Assembly: GCA_964304625.1 (NCBI GenBank) | Contig: OZ199840.1 | Coordinates: forward strand, 3,151,189-3,215,188 | DNA from: Kudoa neothunni | Lineage: Eukaryota > Animalia > Cnidaria | Reading direction: 5' to 3' | Length of the DNA stretch: 64,000 bases | Shown here: one piece after another, positions 13,553 to 27,977 of the stretch | Numbering within the stretch: position 1 is the stretch's first letter | How the letters are laid out: every line of letters begins with the position of its first letter | Translations under genes and position numbers: made by a program | The notes under the pieces: generated by a model | Seen by the model: the letters and a program-made list of their open reading frames with translations, nothing else | Database searches by the model: none | What the model was told of the DNA's origin: nothing

Positions 13553-15318
13553 CAGTAAGTTCTCGGTATTGCGTGTTTTTTTGGGAATAGGAATTTTCCA
13601 ACCAATAACAGGCATGCGCATGCACAAACAGCGGGAAATTTTAACTTTTATAGAAAAAGTCGTCTATTTAATTAAACTTATCCCTATTTTTAATAATTTT
13701 ATATACTTCGTCCATTATGGGGCGAGTATAGAATAAAGCAGCGGGATTCTCTCGCATCAAAGCTTTTCTGCTAATATTTATAACATCTTTTAATTCAGCC
13801 GATCTGTCTGTATTATTATTGTCGTAAAAGTCCCGATCTTCATCGCATTTTGAAATAATCGAAATATCTTTATCGACTTGATGTGATGCGTCCTCGTATA
13901 CGATTTCAGCTTCCTCCAATTCACTTATATCGCCAAAGTCGTGTAGGAATTTGTTTGAAATCAATTTACATAAAATGCATATTTACCAACAATTTTTGTT
14001 TCAAATTGGGATTCTACATCTGAATTAATATCCACTTTATTTTATATTAAAATATTAGTTAATCGTACGATTTCTAAATATTTGAGATTTCTTGAAATAG
14101 TTTGCACTAGTTTTCCACTCCACTATTTCCCATGCTTCCTTCAACGTATGAAGATCGTCCAGAATCGTGTATTTGAAGGGTGTTGATGTATCCTCGCCGG
14201 AGAGAAATTATCTGGCCAACGATTTGCTGAAGTTGGCCTTCAAGCTATGAATGATGCCGAAATCCATTGGCTGGAGGACACTGGTGGCGATTTTAGGGAT
14301 GGACAACAATTCAATGTTGTTAAAGTGGTTTGTTAAATTGGAATGAGCCAGGAATTGATCAAAGATGATAAGAACTTTTCTGTTTTGTGGGCCGAATCTT
14401 TTGTCTAAATCTTGAAGGATTTCTAAGAATAGAGCCGCGGACATCCAACCATTTTTCGTGACTGATAATTTATTGAGAGATTTCTAGCCCCATTACAACA
14501 ACGCGGCTTCTTAAATTTTCCAACCACGTAAAATGGAAATTTCTCGCCGGTACATGATGCAATAACCAATATCGTTATTCTTTTTTGGACTGTTTTGTCC
14601 CTCTTATACCAGATTCGTGCTTGGTGACATACTTTCGCTGAGATAATTGCTCGGAAAAAAGGGCGGTTTCGTCCATATTTATATCTTCCCGTTTATATTT
14701 ATCAAGGATATTAGAATTAATGTTCATGCATTCGGGGATGGCACTGATATCAGCACTTCCAGGCTCTACATGTAAATTGATATTCATCCAACAATACCTA
14801 ATTTTGAAATTAGAGAACCAATCTTTACTGCAATTAAAATCATTAATTTAAGATTTTCATCTATTTTCGCAAATAATAAATTCAGGAATATTTTTCTTCT
14901 TTTTCCTTTGGAGAACAATCCGGTTGAATAAGAGATTTTCAAGCGCATCATACTTCCCGTTTTTTATTCTGATACGACTATCAGAAATATTCGAACTAAC
15001 AATTCCGCCTTCCTTAGACAACATTCTATGCAGCAAAGAATAGCCTATGTTTATTTAAAAATGATTAGAAATTAATGCTTCTCTGACACCTAACCATTTC
15101 AACTTATGTAATACTTCAAATAAAGGATTAATCGGATGATTTTGTGAAAAGGAACCCACATAATAGCGAGACCCCCGATTTTCAACGTTCATATATATGT
15201 ATATAAATAAGAAAACATATCCTATTAATCATATAACAACAGTTCAGCCAATTAATTGTAAGGTGTGAATTAAACAAAGGCTACAAATTGAAAACCACGC
15301 TATATCGAGACCTTACTG
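13553..15318 (-). mobile_element. pogo/Tigger-type DNA transposon with disrupted DDE_1 transposase
   Basis: TIRs CAGTAAGTTCTCGGTATTGCGTG and (revcomp) CAGTAAGGTCTCGATATAGCGTG, each flanked by TA. ORF fragments NMDETALF, KVLIIFDQFLAH and TSVLQPMDFGIIHSLKANF are typical of CENP-B/Tigger transposases; frameshifted. Confidence 0.9.
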
Positions 15319-16413
15319 TATATGAGTTTATATTAAGACGTATAGGCTTACACTTAAATTTACACTCATAGGCACCTATATTTATAGGTTCTGTATTCAG
15401 GAACAAGCACTACGAAAACCTTTTTCATACTTCTAAGTAATGTAAATGCATTTGTAGGAAAAAAAAGAAAATTCCCGGAAATTATGGTACAATTTTACAG
15501 ATACATACGAAAAGTGGTTTACGTCGATGTAAACAAATTTGAATCCAATTATATCCATTAATTAACGTTACTTTTTTTAAATTTATATTAAAAAATGTTT
15601 TAAATAGAAACGTACATGCTTCATAAACGATTGGAGATGATTTGTTCTAAGTTAAAATGTGCTGGTTGAGACGTATTAAACTAAAGATTTCTACTCACCA
15701 TTAGATATGTTTGTATTTCATTTCAACTAAAACGTTTATATTACATAATATTAGACCCAGAAAATATGAGTTTACTTATTGAACAATAAAAATAGAGCTG
15801 ATAAAATATTGAATCATTGTTCTTTAAATTTTCAAATAATTTCTGCATAGAAAATTAGATTAAAATTAGCTCAATTCAAATAAGAAGTCAGGTTTGAAAT
15901 ATCTTTTATAACAGAAGAGATATTCGTAGCCATGAGAATAGCTATTGCCGTTTGTAAAACTTTCCAATAATTAATTTGTGCTCATCGACAAAACATTGAT
16001 TTATAATTTCATTCACATTTATTAAATTTGTATCATTAATTTATATGTGGTTCAAAAATTGCAGACAAAAAAAATTAATTACTCGATTTTGATAAATACC
16101 AGAAATTGATCACGTTAAATCCTATATTAAAATAATTCCAAAATAAAAATAAAACTCTATTTTGCTTCACGTTATCCATTTTAAGCGCAAAAATAGAAGT
16201 CACTTTAATCTTATTCACTTGTCTGCTTTCAGTGATTGTTTAAATAAAAGAAACCATAATATATTTTTTATTATAATTATTTTGCAAATTACTAACGGAA
16301 TTAATTAAAATATACTTTAAAAATATATATGAAAGATCGAATATTGAATGAGAAGATATTAATTTATTATTGCTTCACCTGTGGAAGCGAATCGCGCAGC
16401 TAACATAGTTATC

Positions 16414-17368
16414 ATGCCCTTGGAAAAGTTAAGGGTAGGATTTTTGTAATTCGAACTTCTTTTGAGTTTTTTAAGGTATTAGTTTTGCACGGATGCAGGT
16501 ATAATCCCAAAATATTTCATTTGTCTATATTATGATACAGACAAAATGCCAAAAAAATAAGAGAAAAAACAGGAGCATTTAGAAAGGTCGTTAAGAAACA
16601 TTGCGATTTTTGTATTTTAACATTGTGAGATTGTTACATGATAATTTACATTAGTTTTTCTCGAAGCAACGCACGCTATTAAGGACACAGGATCAGAAGA
16701 AGGTTTACTTTGTGATACGGGGCCGATTTAATTGAATTGTAGAGGTTTATTCTTGGTGGTTTTCATCCAGAGATCCTCCAAGATTTTTCGCCGTTCAAGA
16801 GACAGATATTGAGGATGGATTCCAAGAAACAGTGAAGCGAGTTAGAGATTATATAATTACAAATGTATTTAATTTTAAATGTTGATTATCTAAATTAAAT
16901 AAATTATTTTAGGGTCCGTTTGACGGTATTTTTGCTTTCAGTCAAGGATCAGCTCTTATCTCACTCGTATATTTGATGAATATTGGTTTGCCGCGACCCA
17001 GGTGACAAACAAGATTTTAAAATTACTCCATATTAATAAAATTCTGTAAAGTTTTCTCATACTCGTTTCATCTTTCCCTTCAAAATCATCCCTGCACAAG
17101 CGTTACTATTCCAACGAGATTGATATTCCTACATTGTTTGTGTATGGGAATGGTGATGAAATAGTTGCACCAGGTATAATATTATAATAGATGGAATTAC
17201 AAACGAGTAGCTTTTTTTATTACAATTAAAGAATTCTCAAGACAATTGCTAACGAACTTTACAAATGCCCAAGTGTTGGTCCACGATGGCGGCCATTATA
17301 TACCTTGCTCGAGCAAAGAAAAAGAAGTGTATTTGGAATTTATTAAAAAATTTGAAAACAAATCATAG
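16414..17368 (+). CDS. OVCA2: OVCA2/FSH1-family serine hydrolase (~8 small exons)
   Basis: Spliced product MPLEKLRVLVLHGCRQNAKKIREKTGAFRK...YSWWF...GPFDGIFAFSQGS...IPTLFVYGNGDEIV...HDGGHYIP...KS*. Ser/Asp/His triad motifs present; absent from the ORF track because exons are short. Confidence 0.9.
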
Positions 17369-18968
17369 TAATTAATCATTTTCTTTGTTATATAGTATTG
17401 TGTAATTTTATTAATGTGCTCTTTCCTATTTTTATGTTATTGTATTCCGTCATTGATTGTTGGACATCCAACAACGCGCTCTACGAACCCTTCCTTGTAC
17501 TAAATTTGCTCTATAAACTCCTCGCTATACTAATTAATTTTTATAAATTTTATTTTAATTTAAAATCTACGACTACACATCAGTAAAATAAATCGTTTTA
17601 TCTTTTGTCTTAGACTGCTGGAATCTTTTCTCAGTTTCCGTCAGCCGATTTTACACTTCTCTAGTCTAATATTAAGTTCTTCCGTGTGATAAACAAACAG
17701 ATTAAGTTTTTGTTAATACCACGCATTTTAATGATATACTGCGGTTGATTAGAAGTCTTAATATTATTTAAATGCAACCAAGTAATATAATATCCAGTTG
17801 TTAGTTTTAAGTTTCAATTTAATAGTTTTTAATAATTCTTTGTTATTAAATTGAATGTACTATAATCCAATATTAATCTGGGTGGACTTACACATCCCAA
17901 AGCCATTGTTTATGGGAAAATAGAAAAATAGATTAAAATTTTAATTAATTTATACCCACTCGAATAATATAATCATTTCTGAATATTTACAGCAAATATT
18001 TATGATTAACGAGATTCGTTAATACATTTATTGTACCAGAGTTAAACACGAGATAAAAATACTTTTGAACAAATATCCAAATTATTATCAATTATAATAC
18101 ATATGCTATTAACTAGAATATTTTTAACCCGAATTAATAACTGGTCGACTTAATACAGGAATCTAGTGTTGAATTTTAATTTCTAGAACAAAATCTTCCT
18201 GATTAAAATAAGCCAAGAATTATTAACTGTTTTCTACACGTTGAAGAAATTATGACCGATTTTAAAATACAATTGGAAATTGTGGACAGCTACTCCGACC
18301 TGATTAATGATTTCATCGTACACATAGATTGGTTGTTATGTTGACGATCATATTTTTCGAACTCGAATCCCTCATAATTATCTTGTTCGTGAACTTAATA
18401 TATTTCTTCATAATACTATCTATGAATTATATACACATAAATTCGTTGGCCGGAAAATTTCGTGGTTTGGCCGTTAGATTTGGTTTCGCAATATCTGCGT
18501 AGAAACGTTACGTAGACAGATTTGAAGAACGGTTCCGACCAGGAAATTCCTCAGAAAGAATGAAGCTATCTTGCTCTTTTACCACCAATAATTACATTTT
18601 GTTTATCTCGACAATCGTCATCGTCTGTAGTAGCTTTAAGTACCTGCCCTAATTTAATAAGATTAATTCAGTTAATTAACTCCTCAGACTTTTCAATAAC
18701 ATAAATCTAACTATTCTACTAATGGATGAGATGAGCTCTGCTAGATAATTTCCAAAACGCATAAGTTTATTTCACGCCAAATAAATCCCGACCGACCACT
18801 AAGGGATATATTCTAGCATATTTGCATAGTGCGTGCGAATAACTACAAGCAGTACTTAACAGTAAGCAAGCAAGCAAGCTTTGCTGGCTAGTGCTAGATC
18901 TAGATAAGGTACGTAGTTAAACTGTACTCGTGCGTACGCATGAGGATAAAAACTGCTTTGGCTTACGA

Positions 18969-21900
18969 ATGCGATCAAACATAAATCATCATCTGATTGG
19001 ACCAGATAACCCAGCATCAACCAATAAAATCCATTCTGCAAGCAAAAGTTTAAGCGGACAACCGTATCTTAATTTGGAGTGTACTCAAGACTATTCTGGT
19101 ATTTCGAAGAGTCTAGCACAACCTGCACCTTACCGTGACGATACATCCCTGAAATTGGCCGGCGTAAATCTAAATAGAACCGAAAAATTAATTAACGAAC
19201 GTGATAACAGACAACAAATGAATAATTCATACGGATCACCAACATCAAATCCTCGTTATGCCGAATCACAATCATCTACATTCAACGAAAATCAAATGAG
19301 AAATTCGAATTACGTTGATGGGAAATTCCCAACATCATTACAACCACATACACAGCAAGATTTGAATTGTTTCGTGGGCGACTTTCAGGCTATAAAATTG
19401 GGTTCTCAAGGTCAAGGTAATTGTTTATTTTATTAAATGTGAATTGGTGAACGTACAATCGAGAACAGTAGTTGAATTGTGGCCAGTTTGTTTTTATGAG
19501 TAGATTAATTGTCTTGTTTAGCTAAATTATTTTAAAAACTGTTTACTATGAAGGATCGCTAAAAATTTCTACCAATCTACTAACTTAGTCGTACGCTTGA
19601 GCTTTTTTGTCTTAATTGGTTGTGTGAGGATGCCAATTAATTTCAATTCTATAAAGGTGGTGCATCCAATTAGTGGTTAATTGTCGCATTTAATTATGCC
19701 GCTTGTTTTTGTGAAAAAGTAATTGAATCGGTTTAATTAACTAATATTTCTCTTTTGTTTTGTTAATAATTTAATTGATGTTACATATGCTTTTTGAGCT
19801 ATTTTATTATTTTCGGTTGTTTCGTTAATGACTTATTTTTTATGCATGCTTTTACCAATTTACATAGTGTTTATTAGGTATCGTCGTAGTTAATTCGTAA
19901 AGATAGATTCCGCCGTTGTTTAAACGTGCCAATTAAGCATACCCTCAAAAATATCAGATATATTAGATATCTCTTAAATGTGGACTTTAATCTATGATTA
20001 TAGTGTTTAATTTTGTTAATTTTATTCACTCTATGCGTTTAATTCGAAAACTATTGAAATGAGACAGGTTAGGATATTTGCGTACCAGATTAGTACACGG
20101 ATAATATTCGAGCTCGAATAACCAAAGAAGAATGTCAAATTAGACTTAAATTATTTTAAATTTAAATTTTTGTAGATGTTTATCCGGTTGGAAAAATTTA
20201 GTCGTTTTGTTTTGAACTTGAATAATTATTGTTGACTCCTTAATGTCTGACTGTGAGTCGGAAATAATTAACTGAAGCAGTTTATAAAAACCAAACTGTT
20301 TTCAATGTTTTAATGAGAGTTGCTGGGATTAAAATTTTTTTATTGCGCATGCGTATCACAATTAGAGATTATAATTTAACGTACCAATAGTCTTTGACTG
20401 GACAAAATAACGCACATGTATAACTTTAATTAATGTTAATAAAATATTTATCGTGTCATAATTACTTAATAGTCTTTGATTTTCTAATAAACTAATTTGT
20501 TTAAACAATTTTAAGAACTTTGAACGATTTCCATCTTATTAGCTGTGCTTATTCTTTAAATAACCACAACGTTTTCGTCACACAGCTTTCTAAGATGTCG
20601 TAATTGATTTTTCATTATCCTTTATTTACTAAATATAAAGCTGAGTTATCCGTGTGTATGCCAGTAAGTACGCATGTGCGACAAAATTTTTTTCCTTGTA
20701 GAGAGACATTTACGAAAATTTTAAAATTTTATAATATTTATAAAAATCTTTAAATTGTTTTCACACTACCAAATGTTACAAAAATTGTTTTGAAAATAGT
20801 GATTTTGTCGATTTAAAGTTTGTTAAGCGGATTACACGAGTTCAATTATAGGATTAACAACAGCTTATGTCATAGTGTTGATCGGCTGAAATTAACTTTC
20901 TCCCATATATTCTTTGTCATATATTAATTAAACGATGCCTTATATCTTTATGTGTAAGGTTGGCATGTTAATTTGAGTGTTTGCGCAAATACACTCCTTA
21001 TTTGGGGAGTTTTAACGTATTTGACTTGATACGCATATTTGAAAGTTCTATTAATAGTTTTAGCTATGACTAAAAGTCTATACTCGTTTGATGAATAATG
21101 AATAAGTAATACATGCATTGGGTCCGTGGATTTCATTGAAATCGCCAGCTATGTTTAACTTCCAGTGATTAAATTCAATGCATATGGTTATATTTTTACT
21201 TGATCCAATTGTTTAAATTATTTGTGTTGGATTTGCCGCGAATTATGGCTGTTTGTGGGGAAAAAGTGTACTAAAGTTCATGCGGGGAAAAGGATATTAA
21301 TTTGAGAAATAAAAATTAGTCGCCACAAGTATCATCGAGTTATACAATTATTGCTATGTTATGATCTCCAAAAATGATCTTGATCTTAACTGCGCTTATC
21401 ACGGTCGTTAAAAATATGGATCTAAAAAATAAGGTTAATTTAACTTCTTCACTGAATTAATGGAAAGAATTCATATTTTTCTTTATTTTATGTACATGTT
21501 CTACGATAAAATAATTCCAATCCCGTGAGAAGCTAGGCAGTTTGCGCTAGTTATTAATAAATTAGCCATTTTATGTTGTTTATTACGTAAGCATTTTATT
21601 TTTTTCCTCATATAATTATAGTTTTTATTTGAGATATTTTGATATATTCAAGATTATAGAAATATTAATTTCCAGTAAATAATCCGTGGGTATTCGCTTG
21701 TTAAATATTTATTAGAAATATAAGAGATTGTTGATAAATTAGTGACGACTTTATACAATTTGTGATCAAAATGCAACTGGAGATACAAAAAATTCACGTT
21801 ATTTATTTATATTATTTAAATTTATCGTATTTTTGTATTATTTTATCTGTCTGAATTTTCTTAATCATTTAACTGGTGTTTTCAAACACTTATCCATATT

Positions 21901-24900
21901 TTACTTCTAATTTAACAGGATTAACGTTAAAACTAGCAAATATTAACATTTTGAGGCTTTAAATAATTTTGTTCAAGAATATATATATATATATATATAT
22001 ATTGTTGGGGACTTTTAATGTTTTTATCTTATTAATTATGATTTCGTTTTAACCCTTGAAAGGTAACCTTGGGTCCCAGAAACCACCGTTATATTATTTT
22101 GTGTATAAATTTGTTATGTTTTATGCATGTTCATCAAAATTTCACCAAATTAAAAAAAGTATAATCTATCGATTGATGTAATAAAATTAATTAAATTCAT
22201 GGCTCAAGTACATAAAATATACCAAGTTTTACAACAAAATAATAGAGAGGAGAACGCGTGAATCCAATGGTTTGCCATTACGAGTTAATGAGTAGTTTTC
22301 GATTCGACTGTGTAAAATCTAGCTTATGTCTAAACTTGGTTGTTGATATTTTTTTTATTAAATTTTCTAAGTAGAAATCAGTTAAGTATTATAATACCAG
22401 ACATAACTCCACATTGATAAGATGACAATTTTAGTGGGGTTTACTGAAGACTGAAAACATGAAAAATTAGCTATTTGGTTTTATTAAGGAAGACTAAATA
22501 TTCTGATCTAACTACAGGAGTTCACATGCGTAGACGCATCTAAGAAATATTATTGAATAAATTACTATTGAATTATTTTTATATAATTTTAAATTTGAAA
22601 ATGCAGAAGGATAACTTTTGAAGAATGAATAGAGGTTATTCGATTCCCATGAGAAATGTTTAATGTAACTAGGTTTCAGCAAATTAGATTTGATTTATTC
22701 CTACTTTATGCTTATTTTATATTTATTGTTCTAATTATAAAATAATAAGCTTTGGGAGATTTTTGGAGTTATATTTCATGGAGCGAATTATATTGAAAAT
22801 GCAAAAATGACCTTTAATATAATTATAAATTACAGAGTTTTTTTTGAATTGGGATCTTGATCCCATTTATCACATTATTTGGATTTGTGCATAAATATTT
22901 ATGATCTCTGTAAAAAAGAAAAGCTTGTGTAGTCATATAAATTATATTTATTAAATTAAATATGTTTGTTAGCTAAAAAACGATTATTTATTAAATATTT
23001 GCTTATAAAATTAATAATTAGAACTGATGGGGCTTTAATTATCGAATTATCGAAAATTAAATTCAGTAGGTGACGGCCTTGGGAATTTAAATGGGAATTG
23101 GGTTCAAGGTGCCCACGACCCATCATTTGGGAAACTTTATTTTTAGGTTTAGTGCCCACGATTCGTAAATTTGAGCTAATTATTATTTACAGCGAATTAA
23201 ATAAAAACTAAGGTTTTAATAATTTATTATAATTGTTATGCTCTTATTAGGTTTACTTTAATTAGTAACAGTATTGTGTGAATCATTAAATCATGGCAGG
23301 TGCGCACGAGGTGTCACCTACTGTAGCTTTAAAAGTTTAATATTTGCATGTTTTAGAACTTATCAAATGCTTGGAAATTCATCATGGATGTTAGCAACTC
23401 CAGGTTTTATTATTAAACGTGGCTATATCATATCTAGAATCAAACTTTTATTCATTCATTTACAACTTCATTATCAGGAAAATATGATTTATTGCAATGA
23501 ATCAATGGGCAGGAATAGGTTGTTTATGTAATTAATAACATTGGGATAGTTTTAGTTTATACTTCGGAATATAATTCATTTAATGCTGCTTTTAAAATAC
23601 ATGCACTGTTTTATTGATACAGTTGATTTGAATAGATAGAATAAAATATATCGAATGCGTGTTAATTTGAGATTGTTATCCAAGATATCAAAAAATCAAT
23701 TTATCATGATATAATTAAATTGATGAATGTGTATATATTTTGAAATAGCACGATATAAAATAGTTCCATAATATTTTATTAACTTATACACCTAATATAT
23801 CTCTTGTGTATGATTTTGTATCGATTTGATGATGAATATTATTGATCGATAATGGTATGGGGTATTGTTGTAATTTTCTCATTGACCACTGATTTAATTT
23901 TATTATTAGGCAATTAAATTGATTAATCATCGAATAGGGTTTTAGATAATTTGTTGGTGAAAAATATCACAGGAAGATATTGCGGATTTTGATTAATTTT
24001 TAAAATGAGGAGAAGAAATTTTTTTAATAGTATTGTTTCCCATTCACGGCATGGATAGTGTTTTAAATGGGGTTGCCTAATGAACGTTATTTTCTTTAGA
24101 TAACACCAAATACAACCCCAAACAGGTGTTTCCTACCGAGAGACCCTTACTGCCAGTTTTCAACTCGAATAATGCGATCTATTCTCCTAGATTAAATGGA
24201 GAAGAGAGTTTCTACGGAAGAGTGAGTACAAAACGAGATGGTGATCAATCGACTTCAGCAATCGACCGCAATGTCAGCAACATTAATTATCATCCATCCA
24301 ACACGTCCAAACTTCCTTATTCAGCAGGGCATTCGCCTCTTCATGGAGGTTCTCAATTGAACAGCGCAGTTGATCAATTAAATTACAACTATAATGAATC
24401 GAGCTATCATTATCAACACTGGGGAATGGGCAGCGATAGGAACGAGGCGAGTTCAGCAGCATCTCGTCCTCACCCATCTACGCCTGTAAAAACTACATAC
24501 AACGAGTCTCTCAACAATGTTTCGCAGTATGGCGATTACTCTACACAAAAAAACTACTCAGGGATGACTTCGGTTGAGAATTTTCCCCAACAGTCCACCG
24601 TGAAACATCACACCACATCAACTATGGTGCTAAGCAATAATAACAATACCAACTTACTCAATGTGAATGGGTCTACTACATATTTGTATACCAACAACGC
24701 TACAATACCAACTCCAGCACCTACACCTCAAGCTACGTTTGATCAATCAGTAAATTATCCTAATGATATTAACTCCAACAGAACAGCATACAATCAAAAT
24801 ACGTGTTCCGTTTCCACTCCTGATCTCTACCATCCGAACTACGCCACCCAAACTACCGGAACTCAAGCTTCATGTAATTGTCATACCATATTATTGCTTT

Positions 24901-27687
24901 GCACTATTTCCTGATAGTTAATCAAAACTTTAATGATCCTGCATGGAGTATGGGTTTGGGTAATGCTGCCAACGCCAACAATTATTCGGACTGTACTGTC
25001 AATACGGCAGACATTAAAATGTTGAGCATACCAGAGTTTCCTCCGGAGAATAATTATGTTGGTCAACCATCTCCAAACAATCAATACGTTATTCCAAATA
25101 TCGAGTATACTTTTCAAGAATTAACATAGTTTCTGATTCAGTTGATTTAGTCATGTATCAGTTTCAATGAATGTGATACCCCCAAACAGTAAACAATTGG
25201 CAAAATGCGGGCTTCCATTTGGCATTGTGTATACTCCATTGAAGAAGCTCGAGGTAAAAATACGGAGCGTATAAATATTTACACGCGCCATTATATGAGT
25301 GACTAAGTTGATTTACTTTATGTAGAACATCCCTCTAATCTGTCCGAAGGAAATAACACGTTGTGGCAAATGTTTATGCTATTTGAATCCATATTCACCT
25401 TGGGAAGATTCGACGACATTTGTGTGTGTACTTTGTGGTCGGCGAAGATCACTGACCACGGAGAACTGTGTTGATATGTTGAATGAGCATGTAGCGAGTC
25501 AACAACAAACTCTAGTTAGTTACACCCAGTCGCCGATGTTACAGGTTGCTTTGACCAATTCCACGTATGAAATATTAGCACCATCTTCATTTTGTAAATA
25601 TCCTCCAAAAACTCCCTGTTACATTCTACTGATGGATATGACACAGAGGAGTGTATCTACTGGCTATTTGGAAATAATGTTGGAGTGTTTGTCGGAGAAG
25701 GTGTTATCGCTTTGTCCTAATAGGCGATGTTCGGTTGCGTTTGTGGGATACAATCAGTTTGTTCATTATTTCAGTATAAAAGTAAAAATTGTTTTTCTTT
25801 CATTTATTGATGATTATAATTGTGTATGTGTAGAACATTTCCAAGGATGGATCGTCTCCTAAAACTCTTCATCATGTGATAACTGACATCAACTCAATAC
25901 ATCAACCATTTGAGGACGAATTGTTTGTTTATCCCGCAAAGGATGTCGATAAATTTAGACATTTTCTTAAAACCTTACCTCAAGCTATTCGGTCATACGT
26001 CCCAATTGGTAGTGGGCCTTGTTGTATGACGAATGCGCTTAGATTTTGTATGAATATTTTGGATAAAACTGGCGGGAAAATAATCTTATTCAACGGGACT
26101 CCTCCAACAGTAGGTGAGGGAGTGGTGACTGCTCCCGAGATCAAATACGAAGGCCAAGCAGAAAATATTATTTCCCTGCCTACACCCGCATCCACCATCT
26201 ACAAAAGTATCAGTGTGCAGGCCTACAAAAAATCAATTTGCATCGACTTTTTTTACATCGGTTTCGAAAGCTACTCACCACTTGTTGAGTTGATCACCAT
26301 GGTCAACAACTGTGGTGGTACTTACAGATATTTCGCTTACAACGAAAAATCATCCCAACTTCAATTTGCCTCCAGACTGAAGAGTGAATTGACTTATCAT
26401 TGGGAAAGCGATTTTGCTATCGACAATTTGGTCGCAGTTCGTACATCCAGAGGTATTGAGGTTGAATCTTACTACGGCAATTTTATGGTTGAATCGGCTG
26501 GAAAATTGATTCTACCTTATGTGAACGAAAGCACCACACTTGCTATCAAACTGGAAATTGATGACGTACCGTTTGTTTCCAACGACAATGTTTACACCCA
26601 GTTCGCTCTATTTTACACCTGTCCTAATGGTATAAATTTTGGTTTCTTATTACATTTATTTAATTTTTTAGGCGAAAGACGTATTAGAGTGACCACAGTG
26701 GCTATTAAGGTTCTCCCTAAAAATAATCCCATTTCAGTTTTCCGCGGCGCTAATGAATTCGCTATAGCTGCGTTGATTGCACGTATCGTTTATTTCCGTG
26801 TTCAATCCAAAAACAAACTTTCTTACATCCATGAAGCCACTGTTAACTCATGTAAACAGATTGTAACAGAATTTTATGAGGCCATAAAAACAAAATTCGA
26901 CGGAAGAAATCTGTTGATGCACACAAATCTCCAACATTTGCTTTGTTTTGTACACTCCTTGGTTTATCATGTGAGTGTTTTTCTACTGCATGTCTACTGA
27001 TTGTGATATTCGTGTTTAGCCCTCTCTTTCACAAATCACCACCACCATGAGCGTTGATAGTCGAATAAGTTTTTTGGAAATCATCAAAACGTGTTCTGTT
27101 CGTGAATTGATTAGTCGGCTCTATCCAAAATTATATCCCTTAAATAACTTGGAATATTGCTCATTCGAGGAAGTGATTGATCGTGCTGGTGACCCTCAAA
27201 AATTCATTCATCCTTTACATCCCTCGGCCCAATTCATGTACCAACAATGCGCCTACCTACTTGATGTAGGCTACGCCACTTTTATACTGATTCCCAAAGG
27301 CATCTCGCCTAATTTTCTCAAAATGGTATTCAACTGTGATTCGTTTGACGAATTGCCCTATCACACGGTTGGTTTACCTTCGTATCCGAACGAACTGAGT
27401 TCTAAACTCAAACAATTCATCAACTATGTGGTGACTCATGACAGGACTCGTTTTTATCCCTATCTTAGCACAGTGATTTTCAAGTAATCACACATTTGAA
27501 AAACTAATATTATTATTATAATATTCACATATTTCCCACCTCTAACCAATTCATATTTAGAGTCAACGTCAACAGCATTTGTAGCTTTTATAATTATCTA
27601 CCATTTGACAGAAGACCCAATAAATTGGCTTCATTGAATGAATTCTATTCGAGTCTTAAGGAGGCCATCATCAACAAATCCAGCTAA
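18969..27687 (+). CDS. SEC24: COPII cargo adaptor SEC24 (A/B type), long low-complexity N-terminus
   Basis: GLPFGIVYTPL, zinc finger RCGKC...CVLC, trunk domain (TGGKIILF), QFALFYT/GERRIRV (A/B-type) and gelsolin-like YLLDVG. Exon 1 (18969-19416) joins 24100 in phase 1 over a 4683-bp intron; this join is less certain than the conserved part (25150-27687). Confidence 0.88.
20618..21550 (+). mobile_element. Non-autonomous Helitron-like element in SEC24 intron 1
   Basis: 5' A|TC...ctaaatataaagctga and 3' GCGCTAG|T; internal block gcgggg..aaggatattaatttg..aataaaaatta shared with 31656-31700. Confidence 0.5.
22052..23215. mobile_element. piggyBac-like MITE in SEC24 intron 1
   Basis: TTAA-CCCTTGAAAGGTAACCTTGGGTCCCA left end; recurring gggatc/gatccca subterminal motifs; related in style to the 56122 element. 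Right end approximate. Confidence 0.4.
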
Positions 27688-27977
27688 TAACTGTAAAACC
27701 AACTATCATCAATAAAATCTATAACCTATATATGGTCTTTATTTATTCCCATATATAACTCAAATAACACTCCCCAACTATCTCCTCATATACATAAAAT
27801 AATATATTAACAAATGTAGGATTTATTATGTAATAAAATGATTTTTTTATCTTGATCTGCTTTCTTTACATGGCACACGCCATACAAAAATGCGTTCTTT
27901 TGTATAATACAATAATACACTACAGCTATAAATGGTCTATGCAAATCACCAATTCACTCGTGCATTATTATTATTAA

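Noticed and set aside
18720-18762. SPX-domain-like start MRFGNYL
   Set aside because: No downstream SPX motifs (YKxLKK) could be found in any splice frame.
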